Assembly: GCA_030587475.2 (NCBI GenBank)
Contig: JAUQYZ020000009.1
Span: 1-31,996, forward strand
From: Candidatus Sigynarchaeum calidifontis
GTDB taxonomy: Archaea > Asgardarchaeota > Lokiarchaeia > Sigyniarchaeales > Sigyniarchaeaceae
Direction: 5' to 3'
DNA length: 31,996 bases
Shown here: positions 18,478 to 27,748 of the stretch, piece by piece
Layout of the letters: each line of letters opens with the position of its first letter
Position numbering within the stretch: the stretch's first letter is position 1
Notes under the pieces: model-generated
Databases searched by the model: none
Told to the model about the DNA's origin: nothing
What the model saw: the letters and a program-made list of their open reading frames with translations, nothing else
Position numbers and translations under genes: made by a program

Positions 18478-18639
18478 TCAATCAAATTTCAGCAAGAATT
18501 GCTTGGCGCACGTGGCGCACGCGATCTGGCTGCCGCCGTACGTGCCGAAGAAGTTCTTGTCGACGAGCAGCTCGGCGCTGCAATGCGGGCACGACAATAC
18601 CCGCGACAGCGGGCCATTGCACATTCCGCAGGTTGCCAT
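18478..18639 (-). CDS. Small zinc-ribbon protein (three CxxC)
   Basis: MATCGMC...CPHC...CATC...LLKFD. Start could be as far up as ATG 18771; the longer ORF-track version overlaps GH4. Confidence 0.45.
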   Translation of the reverse strand: MATCGMCNGPLSRVLSCPHCSAELLVDKNFFGTYGGSQIACATCAKQFLLKFD

Positions 18640-18886
18640 CGCGAGGTCGACCGGGGCCGGCATGCGCTGTCGAGGCATCGAGGCGTTGGCCGAATTGCTA
18701 GAGATGCGGGCGATCATCGCGACGCTGGCATGCCAGCACGATATGATGCTCGTGCTCGCCAACGTCATCATCTCGCCACGTTTTTCCGCACGACCTTGGT
18801 GGGATGTGAATTTGGATGTGACCATCAATTGCTTGGAAAATTCGTCTGGATACCATTTTTCCACGCGAAAAAAATGGAGAAACGGA

Positions 18887-20194
18887 TCACGCCAGCTGGA
18901 TCTTGATATAATTCTTTTGGAGTTCCAGCATCTCGTCGAGTATCTGTTTTGCTTGCCACGATGTCTCGACAACCGGATCCGCGAGAAGAGCTTGCAGTGC
19001 GATTGATTTGGATTTCTGAAGGATCGCCTCGACCACGAGATCTTGAACCGATGCTTGCGTTCGCAGCAAGGCCGCGAGCCCCTTCGGGTACTCGCCATAC
19101 GCGATGCCCTTGACTCCTTGCCGATTCACGATGGCGGGACACTCGACCACGAGATCTTGTGGCAAGTTCGAATACACGCCCGTGTTCGGCACGTTCACGG
19201 ACGGCTCGATGTAATTCTTGTCCGTGACGATGCCCTCGATGATCGGGACCGCGCGCTCCTCGTCAGGCACGACGCACGACGCGCCCTTTCCCTTCTCGAT
19301 GCGACGGACCAGTCTCTTGTGATCCGCCATTAACATGTCCTCGTAGGTCCTCAAGAAGCGCCGGATCGCGGGTATATCCGCCCGCTCCCATGCCCAATGG
19401 ACGTATTCCCCGAAATGGCTGTCCGGCGTGTAGGGGATGTAGCCGTAGGTTTCCAGGACGAAGGCGTTCAAGGTCAGCCCGTCGTAGGCCTTGAGCGATC
19501 GCAAGAACGCGGGCCCATCTCGACGGATTGCCGGGTACAAGTCGGCCCCAGACGCCTTGTCCTTGATATCCAGGATAACGCCGAAGTGGTTCAGCCCGCC
19601 CGAGACGATGTCGAGGTCATTCTTTGCTTTCCCCGTTATCTTCTCGATGTACGGCAAGAAATGCTCGTACTCGTGGCATAACCCCACGAATCTCAAGGAG
19701 GGAAACTTTCTCTTGATAGCAAGGCAGATCCGGCTCATCGGGTTCGAGAAATTGATGAAGAACGCGTCGGGACAGATTTTCACGACGTCGGCACAGATAT
19801 CGAGGATGGGCGGGATGACGCGGATCGAGTGGAACAAGCCACCAGGCCCGCCGTTCTCCCCCGTGACTTGCTTGTTCCCGAATTGCAAGGGAACTCGGTA
19901 ATCCATGTCCAGGAGCATGAACCGGGGCGGCACCTCGATCGAATTGATGACGAAGGTCGCGCCCTTCAGTGCGTCCCCCCTGTCGAGCGTGGACTCGATG
20001 GCGAAATCGAGCTTTCGCTCGTGAACCGCTTCCGTGCAAGCCCTGCTGACGAGATCGAGGGCCTCCTTGTTGATGTCGTGGAGGCAGATCGTCGCCCCCT
20101 TCAGCACCTCGCTCGCGAGGATACTGCCGACCGTCCCGAGCCCGAACTGGAGCGATCCCGCACCTACCAGCACGATCTTTTCCTTCCTTCCCAT
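18887..20194 (-). CDS. GH4 NAD+-dependent alpha-galactosidase/alpha-glucosidase (MelA-like)
   Basis: VGAGSLQF, GENGGPGGLF, NFSNPM, GLCHE, GLNHF, DSHFGEY, VVECPA, QALLADP. Confidence 0.92.
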   Translation of the reverse strand: MGRKEKIVLVGAGSLQFGLGTVGSILASEVLKGATICLHDINKEALDLVSRACTEAVHERKLDFAIESTLDRGDALKGATFVINSIEVPPRFMLLDMDYRVPLQFGNKQVTGENGGPGGLFHSIRVIPPILDICADVVKICPDAFFINFSNPMSRICLAIKRKFPSLRFVGLCHEYEHFLPYIEKITGKAKNDLDIVSGGLNHFGVILDIKDKASGADLYPAIRRDGPAFLRSLKAYDGLTLNAFVLETYGYIPYTPDSHFGEYVHWAWERADIPAIRRFLRTYEDMLMADHKRLVRRIEKGKGASCVVPDEERAVPIIEGIVTDKNYIEPSVNVPNTGVYSNLPQDLVVECPAIVNRQGVKGIAYGEYPKGLAALLRTQASVQDLVVEAILQKSKSIALQALLADPVVETSWQAKQILDEMLELQKNYIKIQLA

Positions 20195-20203
20195 TGTACT
20201 TGT

Positions 20204-21478
20204 TCACATCCTTTCAGTCTTAGAATTAGCCACGATTTTAATGATGTTTAGTACCATCTGCACCGCTTTCTCCATCCAGCTCACCGGGATGAACTCTTTC
20301 TTGCTGTGGAAATTGATCCCGCCGGCGAAGAGGTTGGGGCATGGCAGTCCCATGAACGAGAGGCGTGCCCCGTCCGTCCCGCCGCGTATGGCCTTGCGAA
20401 CTGGCTCGATACCCAGCTCCTTTATCGCGGCCTCGGCAATGCGAACGACGCCCGGTTTTTGGTCAATGATTGCCTTCATGTTCCGGTAGCCATCCTTGAA
20501 TCCCACGGAGATCTTGGCCCCTGGCCAGCGCTGTTGCACCCTCGAGATGCCCTCCTTGACTGCCTGGATCTTGGCATCGAGGGCTTGCTGGTCGAAATCC
20601 CGCAAGATGAAATCGACCGTGGCATCGTTCACGCTGCCCGACACGCGCGTCACGTGGTAATAGCCCTGGTGGTCTTTCGTAGTCTCGGGGGCTGCATCAT
20701 CGGGGAAGATAGCAAGGATATCGCGCATCACGCGGTTCGCGTTGATCATCTTGCCATATGCATACCCGGGGTGCACGTTGTATCCTTGTATGCTGATCGT
20801 GCCGGATGCAGCATTGAAGCACTCGGCCTCTATCACGCCCAGCTCGTCTCCATCCAGGGTGAAACCAAAATCGACGCCAAGCGCCTTCACATCGAGGTGG
20901 TCGACCCCCCGGCCGACCTCCTCGTCCGGCGTGAAGACCAGCTTGATCTCGCCGTGGCGTACATCGGGATGCTGCACGAGCCACGATGCCGCGGCCATGA
21001 TTTCCGCCACGCCCGCCTTGTCATCCGCCCCCAGCAGCGTGGTACCATCGGCCGTGACCAACCGCTCGCCCACCAGGCGCGAGAGGATCGGACTTTCCTC
21101 GGGCGTGATGAACAGCGCGGGGTTGGCAGGGAAGGTGATGGTTCCCCCGGTATACATGATGACACGCGGCTGCACGTTCTCGCCAGGCTCCTCCGGCGAC
21201 GTGTCGAGATGGGCGATGAAACAGATCGCTGGGACAAGCGATTTATATCCCGACTCCATGCTCGAGGGAATGGTGGCTATCAAGATGCAATGCTCGTCCA
21301 GAATGACGTCGGTCAAGCCCATCTCCTTCAATTCCTGCTCGAGCATCCGTGCCAAGTCGAACTGGCATTTCGTGCTCGGCGCGGTTTCCTTATCGCTTGC
21401 CGAGGTCGTGTGCACCCGGGCATATCGCAAGAACCTGCGCAACACGTCTGGCTCGTCGCTTTTTGCCGTGGTCGCCAC
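20204..21478 (-). CDS. pepT: Peptidase T (M20B tripeptidase)
   Basis: RFLRYA, AHLDTS, DGTTLLGADDKAG, FTPDEEVG, VHPGYA, IRGGTDGARLSFMGLPCPN, FHSKKE. Confidence 0.95.
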   Translation of the reverse strand: MATTAKSDEPDVLRRFLRYARVHTTSASDKETAPSTKCQFDLARMLEQELKEMGLTDVILDEHCILIATIPSSMESGYKSLVPAICFIAHLDTSPEEPGENVQPRVIMYTGGTITFPANPALFITPEESPILSRLVGERLVTADGTTLLGADDKAGVAEIMAAASWLVQHPDVRHGEIKLVFTPDEEVGRGVDHLDVKALGVDFGFTLDGDELGVIEAECFNAASGTISIQGYNVHPGYAYGKMINANRVMRDILAIFPDDAAPETTKDHQGYYHVTRVSGSVNDATVDFILRDFDQQALDAKIQAVKEGISRVQQRWPGAKISVGFKDGYRNMKAIIDQKPGVVRIAEAAIKELGIEPVRKAIRGGTDGARLSFMGLPCPNLFAGGINFHSKKEFIPVSWMEKAVQMVLNIIKIVANSKTERM

Positions 21479-21493
21479 CTTGCTTGTTGAAGC

Positions 21494-22672
21494 TTACTCG
21501 CCATGGAACGGCGCGTCCTTGATGTTTTTCAAGAACCGCGTCGCGATCTTGAGCACCGGGATGGCTGCCCGGTACTTGGTATTTATGTGATTTATGGTTT
21601 GGACTATTTTTTTTCCCCAGTGGTGCCAGATCGCGTCGATTATCCGGTCGATGTCGGCCAACTCGTCCCAGCGGGGGTTCAGGATGCCCTCGGTGTTTCG
21701 TTTCGCGAGTAACCGCCGGAAATCCTCGATGCTCTCGATTGGTTCCTTGCACCACGTGCATCCTGTCCCCGCGAACACGTCGACGTGTGCATCGGAACTG
21801 CCGACGACGGGGCGCGGGTGCCTTTCCAGCTCGGCACGCGCCCGCCAGGCAAAGTACCCGAAAAGGGGCTGGATGCGAAATGCCTCGTCGACCAGGGGAA
21901 CGTTCCCCTTCACCTTCCGCACGAAGTTCCGTGTGGCTGGCTCGACGAACATGTGCGTCGTCTGGTTGACCATCTCCACGGCGTCGACGTCACGCCACAA
22001 CCGGTCCGAGTACGCATTTTCGAAGTAAAACGGGTGGACGAGGATGGCGATGCCACCATCATCATGGAACAATCGAACGATGTCTTCGGCGAGCAGCTTC
22101 CGGAGGCGCGACAGGCCGCCGTGGTCCTCGATGAAGGTGCGCGGCAGCCCCGCCCCGATGAGCTCCACGCCCTTCGTGGGGAACCGGCTTGTCCCGCGAG
22201 CGACGAACTCCGCGCAGCCCGGGAACGACACGAAGCGGGCCGGGAGAATATTTTTTTTCTTGAGTTTCTCCACGATCGCCCCGGTCTCGTAAGACTGGTG
22301 TAGCACTTTTTCATTCGGGATGCGTGTCTTTCCATCTGCACCTAATGACCAGACGTGGTCGGTGAACAGTAAACCATCGAGGTACCGGCCTTTGCCAACA
22401 AGGGCAAGTATTGATTCGAAATCGCCCTCGCCATCGCTCAGCGACGTGTGACAGTGGCAATCCAACAAGAACGCGTCCTTGTCGAGGCCAACGGGCATCC
22501 AGGGTTTCAAGTTTGGCCAGTCCTTCGCGTAGCGCGCGAAATAGGTCGCGATCTTGTCTAGCCCGAGCTTTACCATGGCCTTTCCGAGGATCGCGTCCAT
22601 CGGGTTCCATGTAGGCCCGCCTTTTTCCGCGGCGGGGAGTTTCTCTGCGGTCTTGAACTGGTGAAACGGCAT
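21494..22672 (-). CDS. PHP-domain metal-dependent phosphoesterase
   Basis: DCHCHTSLSDG, FTDH, GCAE, VHPF, AVEMVN, GSSDAH. Confidence 0.85.
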   Translation of the reverse strand: MPFHQFKTAEKLPAAEKGGPTWNPMDAILGKAMVKLGLDKIATYFARYAKDWPNLKPWMPVGLDKDAFLLDCHCHTSLSDGEGDFESILALVGKGRYLDGLLFTDHVWSLGADGKTRIPNEKVLHQSYETGAIVEKLKKKNILPARFVSFPGCAEFVARGTSRFPTKGVELIGAGLPRTFIEDHGGLSRLRKLLAEDIVRLFHDDGGIAILVHPFYFENAYSDRLWRDVDAVEMVNQTTHMFVEPATRNFVRKVKGNVPLVDEAFRIQPLFGYFAWRARAELERHPRPVVGSSDAHVDVFAGTGCTWCKEPIESIEDFRRLLAKRNTEGILNPRWDELADIDRIIDAIWHHWGKKIVQTINHINTKYRAAIPVLKIATRFLKNIKDAPFHGE

Positions 22673-22772
22673 AGTGGACGGCCTGTTCGAAAGCTCGTGA
22701 CTTCTTGAGAAAAAATCTCTCGACGGGGGTAATATAGTTGATACCCAAAGGCTAGAAACGAAGGTGGATCAT

Positions 22773-23303
22773 CTACTTCTTTGGAGTCGTGAGGAAATAG
22801 ATGCCTGCTTCCTGCTCGGCCTCGTCGTAGGCCGTGGTGTACCGGCTTCGCAAGTTCATCAAGCTATCGAGGCATTTCTTGTAGCCTTCTTGTAGCGTGC
22901 TCAACGTGCTTCCGAGCTCTTGTTTTTTAACGAACTCTTCGACTTGCGTCGCGAGCGATGCCGTTTTTCGTTCACCCTCGGCGATCGCTGCCTTTATCTT
23001 CGTGATCTTGGCATGCTGCTTTTCAAGCCGCTTGATGTCGTTCGGGTTTTCCGTGAGGATGTTGTACGTGGTACGCTCCTCGCGAGCCAGCTCGTCTTGG
23101 AGTTTGGTCCCGTTCGCAATCAGAGCGTCGATCTCCGAGTCCAACTTGGTTTTCAAGCTCGGATCCATCGCCAGGGCTTCCTTGGCCTGGGCAATCTTTC
23201 TTGAATACTCGTCGAACTGGGATAGCTGGATCTTGATGGCTTGCTTGATGCGTTCTATCTTGATCCGCTCTTCGGGGTCATCCGTCTCCATCGTGATAGC
23301 CAT
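22773..23303 (-). CDS. Coiled-coil protein, paralog B
   Basis: Heptad-rich and charged; shares terminal motifs with 23354-23869. Confidence 0.8.
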   Translation of the reverse strand: MAITMETDDPEERIKIERIKQAIKIQLSQFDEYSRKIAQAKEALAMDPSLKTKLDSEIDALIANGTKLQDELAREERTTYNILTENPNDIKRLEKQHAKITKIKAAIAEGERKTASLATQVEEFVKKQELGSTLSTLQEGYKKCLDSLMNLRSRYTTAYDEAEQEAGIYFLTTPKK

Positions 23304-23353
23304 GAGGATTCATGATGGATTTTGTATAAACCCTACACCTTTAAATGGATGGC

Positions 23354-23869
23354 TCAAGCGATGGGCGTGAAGAAATGAATTCCCGTTTCTTGCTCCGCTT
23401 CAGAATATATGTCCGGAAAGTGCTTTCGTGCGGCCGCTAACTTTTCGAGAACGCGCTTATATTGCACGGAAAGGGCATTCTTTAGTTCGGGGCCTGTTTC
23501 ATTGCACGCCTTCGCGTGTTCAACGGTTTTTGCTTTTTTTTTGAGCTCTTCATCGATACTGAGCAATTTCGCCTTGAGGTCGTTCACGGTCGCGTATAAT
23601 CCGTTGATTTTTCGTTCGTTGCGTGATCGCTGTGCGATCAAGTCCTTGAGGGTCGTGCTCACTTCGATGATCTTGCTTGATATGCTCATTTGTTCTTGCT
23701 TGAGTTTTTGCATGTCTCCGGGTAATTTTTCCAGCTCACTTTGCGGGATCGTGCATAGTTTCATTATCTCTTCAATTGCTTTCGAATAACTCTCGAACTG
23801 GTACAAGTATTGCTTGATCGAGTTTGAGATCTGTTCACGTATCGGCCCTTCTATGGTCATGAAAGCCAC
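23354..23869 (-). CDS. Coiled-coil protein, paralog A
   Basis: Heptad-rich; IKQYLYQFESYS and YSEAEQETGIHF match paralog B. Confidence 0.8.
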   Translation of the reverse strand: MAFMTIEGPIREQISNSIKQYLYQFESYSKAIEEIMKLCTIPQSELEKLPGDMQKLKQEQMSISSKIIEVSTTLKDLIAQRSRNERKINGLYATVNDLKAKLLSIDEELKKKAKTVEHAKACNETGPELKNALSVQYKRVLEKLAAARKHFPDIYSEAEQETGIHFFTPIA

Positions 23870-24217
23870 CCCGTGCCGTTTTCACCTCTTGGAAATATCT
23901 CTCATCCTGGACTATTCAACTCATCCCCGAAGATCCATGCTGTTTTTCGTAAGCAAGAGCATGTTTTAAAGGAGCACGGTTTGTCCTTCTATTTTTTGTA
24001 TCCCATGATGTAATATGAAATACACGCCTATAGAAATCGAAAAATTTTCGCGTTCCGGTGCGATGCCACGAAACATCGCATTTGTTTTCCGTTACAGAAT
24101 AAATCATCGCAGTAAGATATATTACATCGCCGATCCAAGTCATTCACACATCAAAACACGAAGCTGGGCAACAAAGGCTTTGAATGCTTTATTCAACATG
24201 GCTACTTTGGTGAAAAC

Positions 24218-24802
24218 GTGTCGAGGGAGCAACGCGGGATAAATCCCGAATATACATTTAAAATAGTCGTTGGGGGCGCTGGTGGCGTGGGAAAAACCAC
24301 GCTTCTCCATAGGTTCTTGCATAATGTATTCAAGGCGGACACGAGCTTGACCGTCGGCGTCACGTTCAAGACAAAGGAACTCACCCGCAACGGTCAGAAA
24401 GTAACGCTGGCGTTGTGGGATCTCGGCGGCCAAGACCGCTTCCGCTTTTTGCAGCCGACATTTTGCCAAGGAGCCCGAGCAGGCATCGTTTTCTTCGACA
24501 TGAGCCGGTTCGGCACCATGGAGCAAGTAAAGGATTGGGTTGCAATGTTCCGCCAGTACGCCTACCCTCATATCCCGATCATCCTTGGTGGAACCAAGCT
24601 CGACATCGTCGATCCACGAACGCTCCGCGATGCCACGGATTACGCAAAAGAGATGGTTGATAAGCTCGGGCTAACCGGCTTCGTGCCCACGTCAGCGAAA
24701 AGCGGGGAAAATGTCGAGGAGATCATAACGACTCTCGTTGACATGCTCGTGGCGCAAGCATTGAGCTCGAAAGACACCGCCGTCCCGACGAGCGCGCCTT
24801 GA
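24218..24802 (+). CDS. Rab-like small GTPase (Ras superfamily, Asgard type)
   Basis: G1 GAGGVGKT, G2 T in TVGVTF, G3 WDLGGQ, G4 TKLD, G5 TSAK; RabF-like segments; no C-terminal Cys prenylation motif. Confidence 0.93.
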   Translation: MSREQRGINPEYTFKIVVGGAGGVGKTTLLHRFLHNVFKADTSLTVGVTFKTKELTRNGQKVTLALWDLGGQDRFRFLQPTFCQGARAGIVFFDMSRFGTMEQVKDWVAMFRQYAYPHIPIILGGTKLDIVDPRTLRDATDYAKEMVDKLGLTGFVPTSAKSGENVEEIITTLVDMLVAQALSSKDTAVPTSAP

Positions 24803-25127
24803 AATCACTCCTTCCTTGTTAGCGCCTTCCGTTTCAACGTAAATCGAAGGTTGATCACGACCAGCCGTCTGTATTTCTTGTTACATCTTGTAAGGAAAGG
24901 CGTGATGGCGGCATCAAAAATGCAATTTCCGCATCAAAGGCCTTCAGATTGAAAAAAAATTGCGATAATAAACGTTGGGATGAACGAACGTTCAAATCGA
25001 GCCGCAGATGTTGTATTTCTTTCAAATAATCTTTAAATCCACACGCCATATGAGGATGTCATAAATCGATGGTCTTGCACGGGTGTCGGAGGCACCCGGC
25101 GTTTTCGATGACCCCCTTGAATAGAAC

Positions 25128-26468
25128 GTGATGCCCATTCCCGCGGACAACATCCAGGTTTTTTGGGGCTGCTTCATTCCTCAGCGGTTCCCTTGGCTAG
25201 AGAAGAGCATCCGGAGCGTCTTGACGGCCTTGAAGATCCCGTTTTCGGAGAACGGCAGGTTCACGTGCTGCCCGGAACCTTCATACAAGAACATCGACGA
25301 GAATGCATGGTTGCTCACGGCGGGCCGCAACCTCGCCGTCGCCGAGCAGAACGGTCGCCGCGACATCATCACGCCATGCAACGGCTGCTTCGAAACGCTC
25401 AAGGCCCTCAAGATCATGATGCGGGAGGACGACAAGGTCAAGAAAAAGGTCAATGACTTGCTGGCGACCCTGCATCCCCCCCTGGCATTCCACGACACGA
25501 TCGACGTCTTGCATTTCGCCGACTATTTCTGGCGGATAAAGGAAACCATCAAGGACGGCATCAAGCGGCCGCTGGAAGATCTCAAGGTCGCGGTGCACTA
25601 CGGCTGCCACCTCATCAGGCCGAGCAGGGAGATCCAGCTCGAGAATCCGTTCGAGCCAAAGATCCTCGACGAGCTCGTGAAGATCGTCGGTGCCAAGTCC
25701 GTGCAATACACGGACAAGCTGCTCTGCTGCGGTGGTTCCTACGAGCGAGCTGGCCAGAAGGAGGCCAGCCTCAACACGGTCCAGCGTAAATTGCAACACA
25801 TGAAGGAGGCGGGCGCGCAAGTCGTGCTCGTTTCTTGCCCGAATTGCTATTTACAATACGAGATGGAGCAAGCCAGCTTGCAAAAGCTGGACGTGGACGT
25901 GCACCTCCCCGTGTTCTTCATAACCGACTTGATCGGGCTTGCCCTTGGTCTTTCGCCAGAAGAACTCGGTATCGACATGCACGTGATCGACCCCGGCCCT
26001 GCCTTGCAAGCACTGGGCAAGATAATGAAAACGCGGGAGGCGGTCGTCGTCAAGGATTTCGACATCGACGAGATCGAGCGATGCCTCGCGTGCGGCGCGT
26101 GCAAGGACGACTGCCCGAGCTGCAAGAATGGTACCATGGATCCCCCTGCCCTCTTAAAAAAAGTCATTTCGGGTCAATTGGAAGACGTGTTGAAAGACCC
26201 GAGCATTTGGGCGTGCCTGGACTGTTATACATGCACAGAACTCTGTTCTTTACGATTAGGCTGGCATGATGTACTCAAGAAACTTCGGAACATGGCGGCG
26301 GAGAAAGGATACATCACGAAAGGATTCGAACGACAATCTGATACCTTTTCGAAGTTGCTGCGGGTCATTCCGCCATCCAAGGCCAAGCGAAAGCAACTGG
26401 GCCTGCCAGATATGCCCGGTCCAGACGCGAATGACTTGAAAGAAAAGTTGAATGAAACAAACGGATGA
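25128..26468 (+). CDS. Heterodisulfide reductase HdrB-HdrC fusion protein
   Basis: Two CCG domains (WGC..TCCPEP..PCNGC; HYGCH..LCCGG..SCPNC) followed by CLACGACKDDCP and WACLDCYTCTELC (2x[4Fe-4S], HdrC-like). Confidence 0.9.
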   Translation: MMPIPADNIQVFWGCFIPQRFPWLEKSIRSVLTALKIPFSENGRFTCCPEPSYKNIDENAWLLTAGRNLAVAEQNGRRDIITPCNGCFETLKALKIMMREDDKVKKKVNDLLATLHPPLAFHDTIDVLHFADYFWRIKETIKDGIKRPLEDLKVAVHYGCHLIRPSREIQLENPFEPKILDELVKIVGAKSVQYTDKLLCCGGSYERAGQKEASLNTVQRKLQHMKEAGAQVVLVSCPNCYLQYEMEQASLQKLDVDVHLPVFFITDLIGLALGLSPEELGIDMHVIDPGPALQALGKIMKTREAVVVKDFDIDEIERCLACGACKDDCPSCKNGTMDPPALLKKVISGQLEDVLKDPSIWACLDCYTCTELCSLRLGWHDVLKKLRNMAAEKGYITKGFERQSDTFSKLLRVIPPSKAKRKQLGLPDMPGPDANDLKEKLNETNG

Positions 26469-27727
26469 AGCGGAGGAGACATCGTTTGAATTGGACGAAT
26501 TATACCCATCACGAAGGAAAGCTCAAGGACGACAAGGTATTCGACGGCTGCGGCATCTCGGCATTCATCAACACCGACGGGCGCGTCGAGAACGGCTCCC
26601 GGATCACGGACATGCTCACTTGCTTGCAAGACCGGGAGAATGGGCTCGGTGCCGGGTTCGCGGTCTATGGCTGTTTCCCTGATCGGAAGGACGAGTACGC
26701 GATGCAAGTCATCATGGAAGATATGGAGACCCAGCAGCGGGTAAAGGAATACTTCAAGAGCAAGGGCACGGTCGTGTTCGACGAGAAAATCCAGGTCAAG
26801 GAATCAATGACCTTTTCCCGGCAGCCGGTCTTGTGGCGGTATTTCTTCAAGCCACCTACCAGCATCCCGCGGGAGGAACACGACGAGTACGTCATGAAGG
26901 TGCACATGGGCCTCAACTTGTCGTTCAGCCGGAAGGCGTTCATGATGTCCGGGGGCAAGAACATGGCGTGCTTCAAGGGAAACGGCTGGAGTTACGAGAT
27001 CGCCGAGTATTACCGCATCGCTGATCTTTACAAGGGATACATGTGGCTCGGCCATTCCCGGTTCCCGACGAACACGCCTGGTTCGTGGTTCGGCGCGCAT
27101 CCCTTCAGCCTGCTGTCCTGGGCTTGCATTCACAATGGCGAGATCACGTCGTATGGCACCAACAAGCGCTATCTCGAAGCATTCGGTTACCACTGCTTGC
27201 TAGGCACCGACACGGAGGTCATCGCTTACTTGTTCGACCAGCTCGTCCGCCGGCACGGCATTCCCGTGCCGATCGCGGCGCTCGCGTTCAACCCGCCGCT
27301 CTACGACGTGATCGACAAGATGCCCCGGGAGCAACAACTCGTCATGAAAAACATCCGCATGACCTACCGGTCTTGCTTGCTCAACGGGCCGTTCTCCATC
27401 GTCGTCGGTTCCGAGCTGGACGGCAAGCCAGCCATGATCGGCCTCACCGACAGGAAAAAGCTGCGCCCCCAGCTCATCGGCGTTTCCGCCGATGAAAAGA
27501 CCTTCTACATCAGCTCCGAGGAGGCGTCATTCCAGCGCCTTGCAATATCGGAAGTGAACCACGCGGATATCACGTCGGTCTGGGCGCCCCACGCGGGGAC
27601 GCCATTCATCGCCAGGCTTGGCGATGGGCTCGTTCGCAAGGGAACAGAGAAGCCATTCGAGGGTATCAAGATATCGATCAAGGAGGAGGCGCCCGTCATG
27701 CCGCCGTGCGTGCTCGGCGCGAGATAA
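26465..27727 (+). CDS. Glutamate synthase amidotransferase subunit (class II GATase, GltB domain 1)
   Basis: Propeptide followed by CGI, then RENGLGAGF, HSRFPTNT, AHPF, HNGEI, TDTEV, NGPF, DRKKLRP. Alternative start TTG 26486 after GGAGG. Confidence 0.9.
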   Translation: MKRRRHRLNWTNYTHHEGKLKDDKVFDGCGISAFINTDGRVENGSRITDMLTCLQDRENGLGAGFAVYGCFPDRKDEYAMQVIMEDMETQQRVKEYFKSKGTVVFDEKIQVKESMTFSRQPVLWRYFFKPPTSIPREEHDEYVMKVHMGLNLSFSRKAFMMSGGKNMACFKGNGWSYEIAEYYRIADLYKGYMWLGHSRFPTNTPGSWFGAHPFSLLSWACIHNGEITSYGTNKRYLEAFGYHCLLGTDTEVIAYLFDQLVRRHGIPVPIAALAFNPPLYDVIDKMPREQQLVMKNIRMTYRSCLLNGPFSIVVGSELDGKPAMIGLTDRKKLRPQLIGVSADEKTFYISSEEASFQRLAISEVNHADITSVWAPHAGTPFIARLGDGLVRKGTEKPFEGIKISIKEEAPVMPPCVLGAR

Positions 27728-27748
27728 ACACGTGGAGCGTGAACGTCC

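Noticed and set aside
18386-19006. Plus-strand ORFs 18386-19006 and 18499-18906
   Set aside because: They are antisense to GH4 and the zinc-ribbon frame and show no protein-like features.
20306-21590. Long antisense or alternative-frame ORFs (20306-21490, 20742-21590; likewise 3947-4879, 15607-16548, 28312-29376)
   Set aside because: They overlap well-supported genes, have no motifs, and are expected in GC-rich coding DNA.
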